Below are positions 63,988-64,000 of a stretch of DNA of 64,000 nt, piece by piece (within the stretch, counting starts at the first letter, position 1; each line of letters begins with the position of its first letter). Where the stretch lies: contig JAGARR010000053.1 of assembly GCA_017622135.1 (NCBI GenBank), forward strand, positions 39,340 through 103,339. The letters are read 5' to 3'. A program made the translations under genes and the position numbers. The notes under the pieces were generated by a model. The model worked only from the letters and a program-made list of their open reading frames with translations. It ran no database searches and was not told the DNA's origin. Source of the DNA: Spirochaetaceae bacterium. Its GTDB lineage: Bacteria; Spirochaetota; Spirochaetia; Treponematales; Treponemataceae.

Positions 63988-64000
63988 ACTTTGACCAAGC

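Larger units (their letters stand above)
51707..64000 (-). other. Low-GC genomic (defence) island; the right boundary is outside the window
   Basis: Abrupt composition change: 28% GC in the line 57001-57060 against 62% in 49081-49140, both counted by hand. All genes are on the minus strand and all have defence-type functions. No integrase or transposase is visible, so I do not call it a mobile element. Confidence 0.8.

Noticed and set aside
51792-64000. Classifying the island as DISARM, BREX, a type I R-M system or a Gabija-type system.
   Set aside because: There is no DUF1998/DrmB or PLD gene, no PglZ/BrxC/BrxL, no HsdS/HsdR, and no UvrD-type helicase paired with the ATPase. Mod has the beta-class motif order and Res has the type III architecture.
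51707-64000. Calling the island a prophage, ICE or transposon.
   Set aside because: No integrase, transposase, terminal inverted repeats or flanking tRNA are visible in the window, and the right end is not in view.
1-64000. Search for CRISPR arrays, rRNA genes and IS elements.
   Set aside because: I saw no array of regular repeats with unique spacers; the only tandem repeat, at 48008-48094, has no spacers. I also saw no rRNA-like conserved stretches and no transposase-like ORFs.

Overview
This window looks like a spirochaete chromosome, probably Treponema-like. The evidence is two tandem FlaB flagellin genes, flaG-fliD, a PPi-dependent phosphofructokinase and many lipobox proteins.

From 1 to about 51.7 kb it is dense, GC-rich housekeeping DNA; a 60-nt line I counted at 49081-49140 is 62% GC. 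This part holds:
- pfp, tRNA-Met, argF, an M24 peptidase, nrnA and rdgB
- flaB x2, flaG and fliD
- tsaE, tsaB and, separately, tsaD
- smc, ferritin and rex
- an MFP plus an RND pump that is fused in frame to a TolC-like channel
- tRNA-Leu
- the rsfS / LCP / yqeK / nadD / obg / rpmA / prp / rplU block
- argS, pgeF, rRNA-modification enzymes and a GH3 lipoprotein
- a thiBPQ thiamine importer behind a clear TPP riboswitch

At about 51.7 kb composition drops abruptly; the line at 57001-57060 is 28% GC. The remaining 12.3 kb is a defence island with every gene on the minus strand, in this order:
- an SNF2 helicase (its 5' end is probably outside the window)
- a DUF4391-like protein
- an ABC/AAA ATPase plus a TOPRIM/RloB-like partner
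- a Fic AMPylase
- a type III Mod, split by a G9 homopolymer
- a type III Res

The main candidates for new biology:
- the helicase + DUF4391 + Mod + Res combination with other defence genes nested inside it
- the phase-variable-looking mod frameshift
- the RND-OMF fusion with an internal signal peptide
- a sigma-54 promoter with an upstream palindrome in front of a sigma-factor-like gene

I found no rRNA genes, CRISPR arrays, integrases or transposases. All functional calls come from motif recognition by eye. No database search was run.
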